DNA of 64,000 nt from Patellaria atrata CBS 101060 (taxonomy: Eukaryota), in the NCBI GenBank assembly GCA_010093705.1, contig MU006094.1:471550-535549 (forward strand), read 5' to 3'. Positions 37,085 to 51,502 of the stretch are shown here, piece after piece. The position numbers and the translations under genes are program-made. Position 1 is the stretch's first letter. The number at the start of each line of letters is the position of its first letter. The notes beneath the pieces are model-generated. The model was not told the origin of the DNA. It worked only from the letters and a program-made list of their open reading frames with translations, and made no database searches.

Positions 37085-38266
37085 ATGGCTCCTCGAATGA
37101 ATGTTCCGCCCTTAACCAGAGGCATTCTGATAGGCCTAGTTGTTCTGACATTCGCCAATGCTCTTTTTAGACCAGGTTATGGGAGCTGGTTAGGCAGCGT
37201 GGATGCTTCGCTGGTAAAAGTTGGACATGGAGTTCCCTGGCTATCAGTGATACCAGGACAGTCGATCGTTTACCCATGGACGTTCCTCACAGCGACACTA
37301 GTTGAGCAGAATCTCTTTGCTCTTCTAATAACAGGACCCGCGCTATTCTATGGAGGGAGATACCTAGAGAGGGCTTGGAGCTCACAGGAGTATGCGAAGT
37401 TCATGTTATTTATCGGCGTAATTCCAAATATTCTGAGCTTCGCTCTCTACGTTTTTGCCTTCGTGCTGAGTAGGAATGAAGCCGCGTTGTAAGTTGATCT
37501 CGTACACCCCTTTCCCCCGGATCTTCAGCGTACTAAAATAACGTGTTCTTCCAGAACTACAACTATCTCTGGGGGTATATCCATCCAAGCTGCTTTCTTA
37601 GTTGCATTCAAGCAACTAGTCCCCGAACATACCGTTTCTGTTATGCGTAATATAATCCGCATGCGTGTCAAACACTTTCCTGCAATATTCCTCCTCACAA
37701 ACACCATATCTGGGCTTGTTTTCGGTACAGAAACCGCCATGTTTTTAGCATGGTTTGGCTTCTTCACCGCATGGATCTATCTTCGGTTCTACCGCCGCAG
37801 TCCTACGTTGAGCGCCGCTACAGGTGGAGAGCCTGAGACCATTAAGGGCGACGCAAGCGACACATTCGCCTTTGCTTTCTTTTTCCCAGAACCTTTACAT
37901 ACCCCCGTGGCGGGGGTAGCGGATAGGGTGTATGATGTCCTTGTCACTTTGAGAGTGTGCACTCCTTTCTCGTCTGAGGATATAGACGCAAGTAACGAAC
38001 AAGCCTCTGCCCGCGCTGACGGCCGTCTGCCTAGTCTCATGAACTCTCGCCCAGGACGTAGCGGCGGTCGTAGGGAAGAAGCGGAGAGGAGACGTGCATT
38101 AGCACTCAAAGTTCTAGATCAGAGACTAGGTGCTGCAACATCTAAACCTATACAACATCCTGCACCTGCTGTGACAACAAACTCGATAGGCCCTTCAATG
38201 CTTGGAGAGACGAATTATGAACCGGAAAGACACGATGAGGATCATGGGAGTGGTACGAAGCCATGA
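37085..38266 (+). CDS. Integral membrane protein DUF1751 / TMEM115-like (rhomboid-like pseudoprotease), 2 exons
   Basis: YPWTFLTATLVEQN, GGRYLERAWSSQEYAKF, FLVAFKQLVPEHTV, WIYLRFY, GDASDTFAFAFFFP and AERRRALALKVLDQRL. Intron 37489-37554. Confidence 0.9.
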
Positions 38267-38691
38267 AAAGCATGTATAATGCTATTTGACGCTAGGGAGG
38301 ATTGCACGAAGTGTCTTTTTGTGTTTATGGCACAGGCGTACTTCGGGATAAAAGTACGGCGTGTCCTCGTATGTTTTATGTCTGATATTAGCGAGATACC
38401 AGTGTCGTTCTGCTTACAATATACAATGTTTTTATTCTTCCGCTGCGTATGAACCTGGCGTATAAAACCATGGCGTGCAGCAAGGAGCATCATCTACATA
38501 CAGTACAAGAACATCAGAAACGCCTCAGCCCATCGTATCGTCATGCCAGAAATGCAAAATTGTACCCCTGAACTCCCATAAACGTCCTCATACACCAATG
38601 CTTCCCTAGACATGAAAATGCCCAAGACTCCGTCCATATGCGTTCTCAAAACTCCATCATCCCGCTACCCGTCCCCCGTACCCGCTATTCC

Positions 38692-39327
38692 CTATTCCTC
38701 AAAAAAAAACTCCTTCCTCGCCCTCCGCAAATGCTCCCCATGGGTCAGCGAACCCACCCCAACCAAACGTCTCGGATCCACAGTATACACCCTCTCCGCC
38801 CAAACCTGGGCCCGACGCTCCTCCTCATGCGCCTTGACGCCCCACGCAAACCTCTCCGCAGCTGTCCAGCCCACACTGACATCTAGACCCTCCGCAACGG
38901 GAAAACCCCCACACCGCCCCTGTACCCCCGCCCCCCCAGACCCACCGCCCGGTACCATGTGCCGCCGCGCAACGCCGCCCATGGACGCGGGAGCGGGTTG
39001 CTGCTGCGTCTGCAGCACCGTCATGATCGCTACCGGCGCGTTCTGTACAGCGCCACTGTACATGGATGGTACGGCGGTGCGCTGGGCTGGCGCGGCATGT
39101 CGGACTCGCTCGCGCGCGAGCCATTCGTCCGATAGCTCGAGGAAGAGCGCGAAGTCGCCGCAGTGGCCGGGGGTGTAGGGCTCCCAGCGGCCGGAGAGGG
39201 CGGCGCCGACACCAAGGCCGAGAGGATCGCGGTACGGTGATGGGCTTGGGGGTGCGGGGAGGGAAAGAGCTTGTTGTGGGGTGTGGGAGGAGCGGGCGGA
39301 GCGGGTGGCACTAGATTGTGCTGACAT
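38692..39327 (-). CDS. Hypothetical protein (211 aa), no recognisable domain
   Basis: Single ORF with ATG in AAAATG context. It sits in a GC-rich island where long ORFs occur in several frames, so it may be spurious. Confidence 0.4.
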   Translation of the reverse strand: MSAQSSATRSARSSHTPQQALSLPAPPSPSPYRDPLGLGVGAALSGRWEPYTPGHCGDFALFLELSDEWLARERVRHAAPAQRTAVPSMYSGAVQNAPVAIMTVLQTQQQPAPASMGGVARRHMVPGGGSGGAGVQGRCGGFPVAEGLDVSVGWTAAERFAWGVKAHEEERRAQVWAERVYTVDPRRLVGVGSLTHGEHLRRARKEFFFEE

Positions 39328-40424
39328 TTTGCTTATGGTGTGTGGAGAGGTTGATGTTGTAGTGATTGTGCGGATTGGATGGTGTTGATGTGAGAGGTTT
39401 GTTGTTGTGGTGTTGGTGTGAGGTGAGAGGTAAGAGGTGCAGATTTTTTTCTGAGAAGATTTAAGTGTGGAAGGCGGGTTTCTGGGGAAATGAGAAGCGA
39501 GATAAGGGGAAGTCGCACGTGGCGATGACTCCTCCGCGTTTGTTCGTGTGTATGTGCATGTTCATGAGAATGGAAAGTTTGAGTCGTTTGTACGGCGAAT
39601 GTGAGAGTATAGGGTGAATGAGAGTGGAGCATGCGTCAAGATTGTGAAGTGAAGATATAGGGGTATATAGGGGCCTTAGGCCGTACGAAGTGGCATGAGA
39701 TGTGAAGTAAAATCAAGGATACTATACCCTCTTCAGTAGTGAAATATCTGACTTGACTGTACACATTATGGGTACGCCTTGGGAATACTGGGTCCATAGT
39801 ACCCCATTATCGGTATAGCACATGTATAGTGAATAAGGAATGTCTGTTCTAAGAAAGATCAAATCAGTTATACTTCACCTATCTTAGAACGAGGAATGTT
39901 CGGTGACTCGCCAGTGCAAGTACGGACAGTGTACAAATATAAAGAAATGCTGGCCATGACCAAGGGGAAATAAAAATACAGAGGACTTGCATGCGATCGT
40001 GTACCCTCATTCCATCTCCCGTTCTGGGTTGTTTTTAGGCTGCAGTACGATTGCATCTCAAAAGCCTCTTGGCTTCACTGTATAAATCAACGGGACTGTA
40101 CAAATGACTCAGGACTCTAATACAACTGAAACATCCCAAAAAGGGGAAGTTAGCAATTCCTTGAGCTTAGTAGCACGGTAGTGTACGTATCGTACGACAA
40201 AGGAGTCCTGAGATAGCCTCTGACTGTACGGTATAAAAACGTGACGTTGTACATAGGACAGACAATGAAATAAACACCTAGGTAGTATGAACCATACATA
40301 TCCTGTCAAACTTGTAATCTGATAGTACCCAAATGAACGTACAATGATTGCACAACGGCCTCTGGGTGCTAATAGAGACGAGGGAGTAGAGGATGGGTTT
40401 TTTAGGTTAGAAATGCAATCAAGC

Positions 40425-41508
40425 CTATGTACCTACTGGAAGATCAATATCCACAAGCCATGGAGCATGAATAGGCCTGTAAAATAAATCCATTATGCTC
40501 GCGTTAACCATCAGAGTCTCCTCGCCCACAGCCAAAGGGCTTGGGCCATCTTTGCTAGCATTGATATATGCAGCCCTCTCAGCAATCACTTTCTCTTTCT
40601 CTACTTCGATATGCTCCAAGCTTTTGACGGACTTAACATTCCATTGGCTTAGCTTCTCAACCACGGATGGAAAATTCCATTTGACTCTTTCCGCTCCCCA
40701 ACCTTCATGAATATGCCCAAACGCGTGAAGGCGTGGTCGCGCACGTCGAGAAGCGCTGAGTAGATGTTTGCAACCAACTTTCTCCCCTCCACTGGTCTCA
40801 TCCCTGATACCATAAGGTGGCCCGTGGGTCATTATGATATCGACTTCAGGGAATTCCGGGATCGGGTTTTGCGCGATATTCTTTGATCCCTTGGGCGTTT
40901 CTGAAGGAGGGTTGAATCTATCCTCATCGTTACCCTTCTCATGGAAGTATGGAAAGGCCCAATTACAAAATTCGGGTTGATATGGTGATGCGTAGACCTA
41001 AAGGGGGTTATGAGAAAAAGGTACGGAAGAGCTGTTCAAGAAAACAACTCACCTTGAACTTAGCTCCAGAGCTCAGACCGAAATCATAAGTTCCTTCCTC
41101 CAGATATGTGATCCCAGCATCTTTTGCAAGCTGACCGGTCCAAATTTCATTCGCAGATTTCGGTGCACCCTCACGGTAGCGGTCTCGGTGCATTCGCCTG
41201 CCCTCCTTTGCATAGAACTCCTCATCGAGTGTTATGTCGTGATTTCCTGCAATGACCAACTTAAGCTCTGCGTCAACTGAAGATAGCATCGCTATCGTGT
41301 CCTCGTACTCATGCAGCTTCCCGATCTTTGTGAGGTCCCCGCAGTGCAACAGAATGTCCGCCTTGGGGAGGGGTTTACGGAAAGCATGAGAATCTTCATC
41401 TTCATCGAACAGATCCGCAGCATGTGTGTCGGAGATGATAAGAACTCGAGTCTTAACTGTATCGCGGGAGTGTATAGTTGTTGGTGTGACGTTAGATGGG
41501 GTTGACAT
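40425..41508 (-). CDS. Metallophosphoesterase (MPPED/239FB-like calcineurin-like family), 2 exons
   Basis: Motifs ISDTH, HCGDLT, IAGNHD, THGPP and FGHIHEG, plus VNASIM. Intron 40998-41052. Confidence 0.92.
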
Positions 41509-42082
41509 GTTGTCTGAAAGATGGAGCTCGGACGAGAATGTCTGTGCGTCTTGAGTATAAGAGCAGTTTACTTATAACATTAGATACAGGACTCAAATTT
41601 TCCCATCTGGAATGTAGACGACTATAGTGGGTAAATCGTGCGCATCTTAAATACAGTCATAGGTTTGTCCAGTCATGAAGGAATAGGTAATTTTAGGCAC
41701 CAAGGTGAGTAGTTACCATGGACAGGACAGATCGCAAATCCGCGGTACTGATCCTTTAATTATACACGAGCAGTGCTATGTAACCATGAACAAAAACAAT
41801 TCTGCTGACCTGACACAATTGGGTATAAATCACCGCAAGGACTAATAGCTGCAAAGACAAAGAAGTCCAGATACTGTACAAGACGCAAAAGATCCCAACA
41901 CGACAGGAAACGAGAACGCTCAAGTAGCACCCGCCTATAGTGCCAGAAGTTCCCTTAACCATTTTCCTGAAGCCTCCAGTGGCTTCAAATAGACATTTAA
42001 CAAAAGAAACGAATCCAGAAGTGCCAAATGGACAGGTATCAAAACATTTCAGAAAACAATCCCTAGGGATTTAGTAACCACT

Positions 42083-45000
42083 TCATTCCTCCACTAATTG
42101 GTCCTCAAAACCTTTACTCCGCACACTGGCTTCACTCGGCTTGTTCCTTATTTTAAGAGCACTTAGCCTCTTCCTGACACTTCCTACTCTTTCTCCTATA
42201 CTACTTGAACCTACGGTGGTAGGTTCTGTTTTCCCTGTATCTGGCCTTTCAGCAGACTGACTTTGTTGGTTTGATATAGTTCCAGGAGTGGAATACAAGA
42301 AACTCAGTCTTCTACCGTGATCCTTGCTGCGGCTACGTGAAGCATCCCGGGGTGACTCTGTTTCCGCACTAGTATCATGGGAGGGTCGGCCATTACGGCC
42401 ATCCCGCCCCTCTACTATCGATGCTCTTTTCATAAAAGACAAACTCAGCCGATTCTTCTCATGTCGTGTCGCCCGAGCGTCGGATGCTGTTGTTGGTGGG
42501 GTTGGACTTTTGCGTGGATGATGTAACTGTGTAGGCGTCGGTGTAAAATTCGCCGGTGGCGACGTCGGTATCAACCATGACGGTGAGGTTGACCTATGAT
42601 TGTTGACCAAGCTTGGGGGGTTCAAAAAGGTGAGTTCCGGGGCAAAGGTCATCTCAAAACCTAGTAGAGTAAGCAAAGAACTAAGTAAAAAAAGACCATA
42701 TAATCGACTTACGCTGTGTAAGGTCTGCTTTTGTAGCCTGGTGAGCAGGTCTTGAATGTAATCCTAGACAACGCTTAACAGCAAGTGCATGGTCGATGAG
42801 CGCTACTCTCAGAGCATTTTCTAAAGGTTCTGTCACGGGAGGCTCTTCACGTTCTTTCTCCTCGGATGTTGAGTCCGGTTCCGTTGGTAATAATACCCGA
42901 TGACGGGAGACGCTCGACTCAGATGCAGGATCCACGGAGATCATTAGAGCCTCAGTCAAAGATGTCAAGCCTGAATCATCTCCATCGACCACTCTCTTTT
43001 CAAGCGCTAACAATTCTGAAGTCTTCCTTGTGGTCCTTTCTAAGGCAGCTTGTAGAGGCGTCAGGGTAACTACACCTACCGAGACTATCTCGCTTCGCTT
43101 GAGGATAGTCGGGAAAGGTTCCGCTGTAGTATAGATAGTTTTCTCTACGATGTGGTCTTTGCCCCCGGCATCACTAGCTTGTCGCCTTGTTGCTGTAGAG
43201 AAGTGTGCTGGACGAGATAGTAAGTGATACTCACGGACTGGTTGTGCTACTTTAGCACGTTGATAGATTGGATGGAGAAGATCTCTCTGCGGACTAACAG
43301 GGTATATCTGCAGAAACTGCCCTTCTAGATCATCTGATGCACCCGCGGACAAGATCTGTGCGGAGGGATGTTGCTGTTGCAACCGATCGGTGAAAGTCGC
43401 TAATCGATCCGTAGGTGCTGCTTCGAAGATGAACTGCTTATCTCTGAGTCCAAGAGGAAAACCGAGACCTCTATATACAACTCGGAAGTATCGATTGTTC
43501 TGCTTATCGCCTCTATTGATGCTCTCGTATATTGTCGCCATGGCCCTTTGAGTACGCGCAAGCTTAGCGAAATCGAACACTCCTTGCTCGTACTCGCCTG
43601 CTAGTTCCTGATATGTTTCTAGAGCGTTATCCCACGATTGGCCTTCCTCAAAATATTTGATCATTTGAAAATATAATTGCTCCTTTCTCTCGAAAGAGGT
43701 CTGGGCTGGAAATACTGGATCCGTGAGTGCTGGAACGGTTGCGGTAGGGTCCCAGTCATAAAGGTCTGAGTGAAGACGAAGAGCAAGACCAGCTTCAGTG
43801 AAGTTACCAGAACTAGCTTGAAGCTCCGCTAATTGATGAACATAGCGGATGTAGATATCTTCCTTTTGCATATCTTTGAGGAAATCCATGAGATGTAATG
43901 TATCCATAATCTGGAATGCCTCTCCCGTTGTCTCTGCGCTGTGAACAGCAACAAGAAGGTCGAGGAGCTCATCGATCGTTGAGACTAGAGATTTAACGGT
44001 CGGGAGGAGTTGGTCGTCCGCATTTTGGGCAAGTGGCTCAAAGAGATCTATCAGTTCATTAATGAACAACTTTTGCAAGATACTCTCGGTCAAGGTTTTC
44101 GATTTGAACAATTCATCCAAGCACTCAATCATTTCCGCTTGAATGATATCAAGAGATTGGTTGAGTGTCCATTCGCTGACGATCATGGTTTGTAGAACCT
44201 CAATCGCCACGCTGCGTAACCCTTCGTGCACACTAAGACAGAGTTCGACAATGGGTGCCACAAGACTCGGAACATATTGCACTTGGAATCCGCCCATCTT
44301 CTCTAATCCGTACTGTTTCCTTTCCTGGGCGCTCGTCTCCCACCCGATGGCTTCCCAACTGCGGCGTAATAGATCTGCACCTAGTTCTCGTACATCTCCC
44401 GCTATCTTCCATACTGCACGACGCTTTTGCTCCGGAAATGTTTCCAATGCTAGTGCATCACTCCCAACTAATTTCAGTAAAGCATCAAAGAAGGCCTTCC
44501 ATAACTCAGTACTGAATTGATCAGCCTCGTCAGGATGGGGAATGAATGAGTCAATGAGAATACTGGAGAGCTTGTCTAGAGTCCGTATAGTAGATTTATG
44601 ATGATATATCTGTACGCTCAGCCAATCACTCGGAAAAGCTTCGCCACCTAAGATTGACAAATAAACCTGTAGCGTAGAGTATAGAAATTCTGCTAGCTCG
44701 GGTTGGGGAATGTCTAGATGGATCGTCGTTGGAAGGTTCGTGGTAGCTGCGAGGACTGCAGAGATCTCAATCAATGCCTCGTCAAAGGTAGCTTCTGTCG
44801 TTGTAGGCCTTGTAGGAAATGGATAAGATACAGGGAAGAGTAATGATAAAGTTTTCTTAGATGTTCTCTCCTGCAGCTGTATTGCACGGTAGGAGTCTAC
44901 AAGCTTCGGTATATACTCGCAAGCTTCCTGGCCTAGCTCATTCAGCTGCGAGGCAACGACGGAACAACACAGGCGAACCTGTTCCTTCCATTGGACTGTG

Positions 45001-48000
45001 ACTTCGGGCGTTCTACCCCAATGAGGGGCTAACCATTTGACTGTATTCACTAACAATTCTCGCCGAGTATCTGGAGCTTTGAAAGCTTCAACATTGGTGA
45101 AGTTGATGATTAGAACAAGCTTGTAAAGCACTAGCTTCCCCTGAACTTCACTGCATGACTGAATAAATTGGGAAGCGAGCTGTAAGATGTCCTTCGAATT
45201 CATCAAACTCGAAAGTTCAGGGAGCCAGGTATGAAAATGCTGAACGACTATGGTTTTCGTGCCAATCAGTATCGGTGCCGGATTAGTCATCAAAGCATCC
45301 AGTGATTTGAATATACTGCAAAGATCTTTTGTGAAAGTTGGCTGTCTGCTTGTGATACCGATCCCTGCTTCCTTTTCCTTTTCCTGGTGTCGAGCGTTGA
45401 CGATGAACTTAAAGATGTGCGCTCCAACTTTGGAAGTTGCCCTCAACTTCCTGGATGTCTCTGGGTCTACGGGGTTCGCCAGGAGTCTTGTGAAGCTCCT
45501 AATCAAGCAAGAAGTCGCATAAGGATAGTTAAAACGTTCTTCTGCGTATTGGTCAACAAGTGGCCCAAGGTTGAATCGACGATCATGGACAATGCCCAAA
45601 ACGATTACTAATGCGTTGAAGACCAGATCCTCCTTCTCATCATTGCCGGCATATTGGACTAATATCTCAAAAAGTGCATCAAAAACTTCGTTTACCAGCT
45701 TTACAATTTCGATCTCTGGCACGAAGGTAAATCGCTTTAGCAGATCGGAAAGCTCTCCGGGAGCAAGTTGACTCCATTTTAGAAGTCCCAACAAATCCGG
45801 GTCCTGGGAATATTTCGTGCTACACAGGTATGTGCGGAGATGCACCGCAGCCATCGGCCCCAAAACAGATTCGTCCTTTCTTTTTGAAGACCACGGCAAT
45901 GAGAGATAAGCTCCTCGTCCAGAAATCATGCTAGAAGTGTATTCGTCGTACTTGTAAAGAGCAAGGGAGTGATCCCCATCTCTAACAAACGCCTCTTGTG
46001 ACCATAACGGCATCCAACATAGTGCGAACGGAAATCCCGGTGCATCGGCAACACTCATAACAATATGTGAACCCGGAACATCGTCGGGACTAATCGCTAG
46101 ACGGATCGTCAAATTCCACGGTTCACCTCTTTCCACAGCAGTGGTACGCCAAGCTGTATGTCCTGTGCTATTGCATGACGGATAAATACAATTTTCGATC
46201 CGTTCCCCAGTAGCCCTCCGGACCTCAAGGGTCAACTGTAAGTTAGCCATTCCGGACTGTGATGCTAGGGGGGTTGTCCCGGATTTTGGATGAGACAGAA
46301 CAGCATTTCTTGGAAGAAATGGAGAGGTCAACGTAAGATAGATGTCGCTTCTAGGTTTCGTTGGAGCACCAGAGAAGCCAATCTTCCGTGCTTGGCTTAT
46401 TCCGTGTAGGAGAGTAGGTGTTTGCCGTATAAGAGCTTCAGCATCTGTGCTGATGAAGGATTTAGCGAATATCGATATACGTCGAACCAAACTATGCTTC
46501 TTATATTTTCGTGTCATGCTCGGAAGGAGCTCCGATATAATATCGTCAACTGTTTCATCCGTATCCTCGTCTTCTGGTGATAGGGAAGGGGTATGAATAA
46601 CGACATCTTGTTCAGCCTCCATATTAGCTCTCAAAAGTCTATCAACACGTATTGCTCCAACGCCGACAGTTCGTTTGACGGTCTTTTGACCATTCGAGGC
46701 GTTACTCCGGGCTGCGGAGGGAGGACGATTATCAGTAGCTCTAGCCTTGCTTGCTTCGTCGCTTGTCGATCGGCCTTCGGAGGGCCTACTCGGGGTTTCG
46801 GCTTCTCTTTTGGTTTTTGAGCCCCACATGTAGCTGCGCCTGCCATTCTTCGTACTGCCCATGATTGACGTGTTGATAATGGGTCCTTTCTGGCTCGACG
46901 TACTTTCCCGGGGTTGTTTTGAGGTTGAGGCGTTTATTCCAGCACCCTTGAAAGGTTCACTGGTCAGGAGTTTGAACACTACGTACAACTGGGAGTTCTC
47001 TCCTGATCCCTCCCCAATGTCAGTGGAACTGAGGTCCACAAACAAGGCCCTGAACGCTAGATCTGAAGAAATCAGACCGGAAGAATCACGAGCTGACAAG
47101 TCCATGGAGTGGACTTCGGATAATGGTCGGGGAGGTGAGCCCGGGGTCTTAGTACATAAGTAGAACGCGATGGTGGTTGATCCAGTACTGTATTCCCCAG
47201 CAAAGTTCTTGAGTTGAATCAATAGATGGTGGATCGTATGCTCATCTATTACCGGGGATGCTGGCCTTTCGTCCAAAAGACTCATCAGAGACTGTAATGT
47301 TGTCACCTCTATAGCAGAGTCGTCCGCGGTTAATATACGACCTCTCTGCGAAGGGCTACGCACGATTATCTCCCCGCATAACAACTTATTGCCGCTTACA
47401 AGGTCCCATACTGTACTCTCTCTGAGTATTCGTAGTTCTTGCGCCGTGAGCACCTTATGAAGCAATTGGCGCCTTGCGGTATCTAGTCGTTGAACAAGGG
47501 CTGACATCTTGTCTAATTTGCTGTACTTTCGAGTCAAAAGAAGTTCATGAAGCTTCGTCGCGTGCCACTCCCGTAAGCACGATGCAATCTCATCCACAAG
47601 CGGTTCCTGGGAAGATGTAGGGGTTTCATCCCCAATTTTTAACATCGGCACGGGAGCAGCAGGTTTAGGTGCGTCAGGATCTCTTGATAATACCGACACA
47701 GGAGACAATGGAAGCAATAGAGGTTGTGACCGGTCTGACCGGACTGTTGGCAGTGATCCATGGCTGGCTATTCTCTTTCCCTCCTGTCTTTCCAACTTTT
47801 GCCTGCTCGAACGGTCGGAAACTATATTTGCGGGCTTCCCAGTTATCGAGCGAGTAGACGTGCTCTCAGTTGGTGTAATGGGCCCGTTGATCGGAGCGTC
47901 CGACTGAGCAGCCCGGGTGCCATTGGTTTGTTCTCCTTGCTCTTCAATGCCACAACCGACTTTAGTTTCGCCCAACAACTCGCGAACTTCAACACAGCAT

Positions 48001-48242
48001 CGTGGAAAGATGCCAGAGAAAACGCGAGCCTCAAGGGTCTGGCCTTTCGAACAGGTCAATCCGGAGAGCAATGAAGGAGGAGCAACCAGATATCCTCTGT
48101 ACCACGACCCATCCTTGCCTCCTTGTTCTATTATGTAAAGTTCATCGCCAATTTCGAGAGGCAGGTCTGAGGCCGACGAGGGTTGAAAGGGATATACACA
48201 TATAGCGAATGCGATCCGGGGAAGAGGTCTCCAGGATGGCAT
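42083..48242 (-). CDS. DCK1: DOCK-family Rho/Rac guanine nucleotide exchange factor (SH3, DOCK-C2, DHR-2), 2 exons
   Basis: N-terminal SH3 (YPFQP..DLPLEIGDELYIIEQ..WYRGY..GIFP), PRSDIYLTL (C2/DHR-1) and DHR-2 (YIRYVHQL, YFRVVYRGLGFP, TTAEPFPTILKRSEI). Intron 42661-42712. Confidence 0.92.
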
Positions 48243-51200
48243 TGTCGCCGCTATAAGCTGTTTCGAAAGGCCCAATGCATCACGATGCCTTCCAGTAGAC
48301 GATGAAGTAGATTCTATCCTTCGAGTAGGTCCGGTGACGTTACGAGGCGATCTCGAGTGAAGTAAGAGGAGAAATGTCTGTGAGGTTCCCCTGATACGCC
48401 AAGCTTGTGTTTCCGCCGCGTAAGGCGATCCCGCTGGTGGGTATTAATAGTAGCGAGGTCAAGTCTCGAGACGTAATCAACAGTCCAATTGGGCGTCGGC
48501 CTAAATGATGTTCAATAAAATAAAAGAATATCTTCAAAATTCGTTGAGTTCCGTTGCACAGGTTAAAAGACAACGTGAAGACAGAGTGCGCGAAACCAAG
48601 AGACCACCAAAATTTACAGCGCGTTCACAGTTACAGCGGGTATCCCAGCTAGTGGACGACTAGGAGCAGAAGCGACCAATTGTTAATCCAACATCCAACA
48701 CCAAAATTATCTAGGACTTCCAAACATTCGTTGATATGAAACCTCTTTAACTACCTTTCCATGCAGAACATACGACCTCATACTTTCATCTGAACCGGTA
48801 GATACTATCGGAGCGACCTTCAGTATCGGTCGCAGTTATATCTTCGTGGTTGGCTCTTACGGAAAAGGAGGAGCTCTCAAATACCATTCCCAAAATTCCA
48901 TGATTGCCCCATCTACCGTACTGACAGTCGTTTTGCGTAGGGCTTCTGCGGAGCAATATTTAGGCAAAAGCCGAGCAAGATTGGCAGCACAATCCAAGTT
49001 GAGCTCGAACATCCCAAGTCTTTATGCGTCCTGACCATTCTATGAGGAGTACCTGCTTGAAAATAGCATGTTCAGGACTAAGTTATGCGCAAACATCTTT
49101 GCTGTCGCAGCAGTCAAATGATTCTTGTTCATAACCTCTTTCCAATATACAATTTCATTGCGTTAGTCTCAACATGGCGTCGACGAATCGTATCATATCA
49201 AGGGACAAAATAGGAGCTGAACATAACATTACACCTAAACTGAATGGGATGGCGTTGAAACACTCCCTTATAGCCAAAGGCGAGTTATCAGTTGTTAACT
49301 GTCATCCGAAAGTCAACGGAGATATTAACATTACAAACCAATTGCGATGCAATGTTCAGTCTAATCAAAGCACAGATGATATACCTAACTACTATGTTGA
49401 TATCAACATATCACCGATAGGGCATATGCTCACGTGAAAGCCCGTTACCGAAATCGGACGCTAACAACTTATGAAGAACCTACTTTATTCAGACTCGCTC
49501 TGACATCACATGGTTAGTCTGTACACGACAGTACAGATTATCGACAAGAGCTAGGAAGAATAGGTTAGTCACGATGCGCAAAATCTCCAAAATGGTGGGA
49601 AGCGAACTAAGCGCCTTTTCCGATCGATATAACGCATGTCTAAGACTAAAGCACGAGAAGGATCCACACGTGGTATATTCGTCAGATAAAGTTGATAGAC
49701 CATCAACTGTAGGTCTTGTAATAATCCACTAACCAGTGCTGCATCAAGCATTTTTGCCCCTCATCTCCAAGGTGCTCACATCTAGCCGGAGTAACTCCTC
49801 TGTTAGATGCTTACATCCGATGAATATGCATCGATACTCTTATTATTTGGCAGGCTCGGGCATCGTGAGTCAAAGATATAACTGAGTATCTGTCATTCAT
49901 AGGACTTATCTGCATAGCATGCGGCTCCCATTCAACCCCACAGAATGCGAGAAGGGTTGGTGGTCTGTTCCAACATAATCATTTAGGCACCGATTGCTTG
50001 TCTGTGGAGATGGGCTTGCACGTTTTTAGTCATATGCATGAGTACCAAGACAATAGCTGCCCTTCAGCTCACATATTGACGGGAACATTATGCGGCATCT
50101 AACATGCCTCACCTAACAGGAGTCCCAAAGTGTCTGCTCCCTGGTTGCGGACCCACTGTGAGGGACTAAGTATACCATTATGGTAAACATCAAACATGTG
50201 TCTTTCCGGTAACTTTTCCAACTATCGCCCCCTCTTCAAACACGTGCTTTCCTATAAAGATCTACGCTAGGATCAGATGGTTACTGGTGGCATAATCAGC
50301 CTCCATGTTTTTTTTATTCATGTGCATTCTACACGAAGATTTAGTGATAAGCATGGAAAACAGACGACTCCAGCTTTTACAATTGAATGTTCTGCAAAGA
50401 TATCTTACATTTGTAAGAGCGACGAGTCCTACAGCAAGCATATTCCATTGATACGCAACATGGGACACCTCCATCCCAACTGGTGAGCGTCTTTCTCCGC
50501 TATCCTCGCATCATGGCGATACCGCTGAAACAAGAAACGGAGAAAGATGCGAAATAGCGAGGATGATCGGCTTTAACGATTTTATGATATTGATGGGTCA
50601 CGCCACGATCAAAAGAAAACAGATTTCGCCACTCAAAACATCAAAAATGAAGGTTCTAGATAGTTAGGAGCATCGGTCCATATGCCAGAGTCAGTGGCTG
50701 GCTGAGGTGCAATGTGATTCCGTATAAATCTATACAAGAATCGTGGGGAAGTTCTGGGAGCGGACAATTGAGTCGTTAGAAGTTGCTCTTTTAGACCGCG
50801 GATCCTTATTGTTTCCTTTGGATTTAGTCCAAGGGTCCGTCTCTGCAGGTAACTCCCGACTCTTACTTTTTCTGTTATCAAGTTAATGATGAGTACAACC
50901 TTGACTCGCGAAGAATAACCGACAAATCATGACCATACTTGAGTAGCCCCGTAAAGGTACTCAGGGAAGCAGTTGACGCCTGGCTGTTTCCTACCCACGA
51001 GGTTTGCCCATCTTTATCTTCGGTTGGTAAAACATGTACGACACTGGTCAGCGTAATCGTCACCAAGGAGGATGGAGAAACCCCCGTGGAAAAGCGAAAT
51101 GCATTAAAGAATAGGGTATCGCAGAGGTTTCCTTATGTGGAGAAAGAGATGACGTGCAATGGATAAAACATTGACTACTCGCCTTTAACTTTAAGCGCGT

Positions 51201-51502
51201 AAACGCCAGTAACGCTTCTACCGGCTCTTGTCAAATCCTTATGTGGACGCAGGCGTCGCGAATATCATTTCATTACCATTATCTGCAGTGGAGTCCGCAT
51301 AACATGTATCATACAGGACCGCCCCACCCGTCATTAATCATTTCTCATTCTGCCCATGGTTTCTTCAACTCTCCAGCTGACATAAGTGTCACAAGAATTT
51401 GGAAGGAAATGTGATAGATCACAACACGGCTACCCAGTGTCCTTCCATGCCTTCAAGCCACACGAGCACAGCGGAAATCCATAACACACTGTCTTTTGTT
51501 GC

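Noticed and set aside
48768..48830. ACATACGACC, resembling the 5' end of fungal 5S rRNA
   Set aside because: Similarity ends after ~10 nt; no 5S internal boxes follow.
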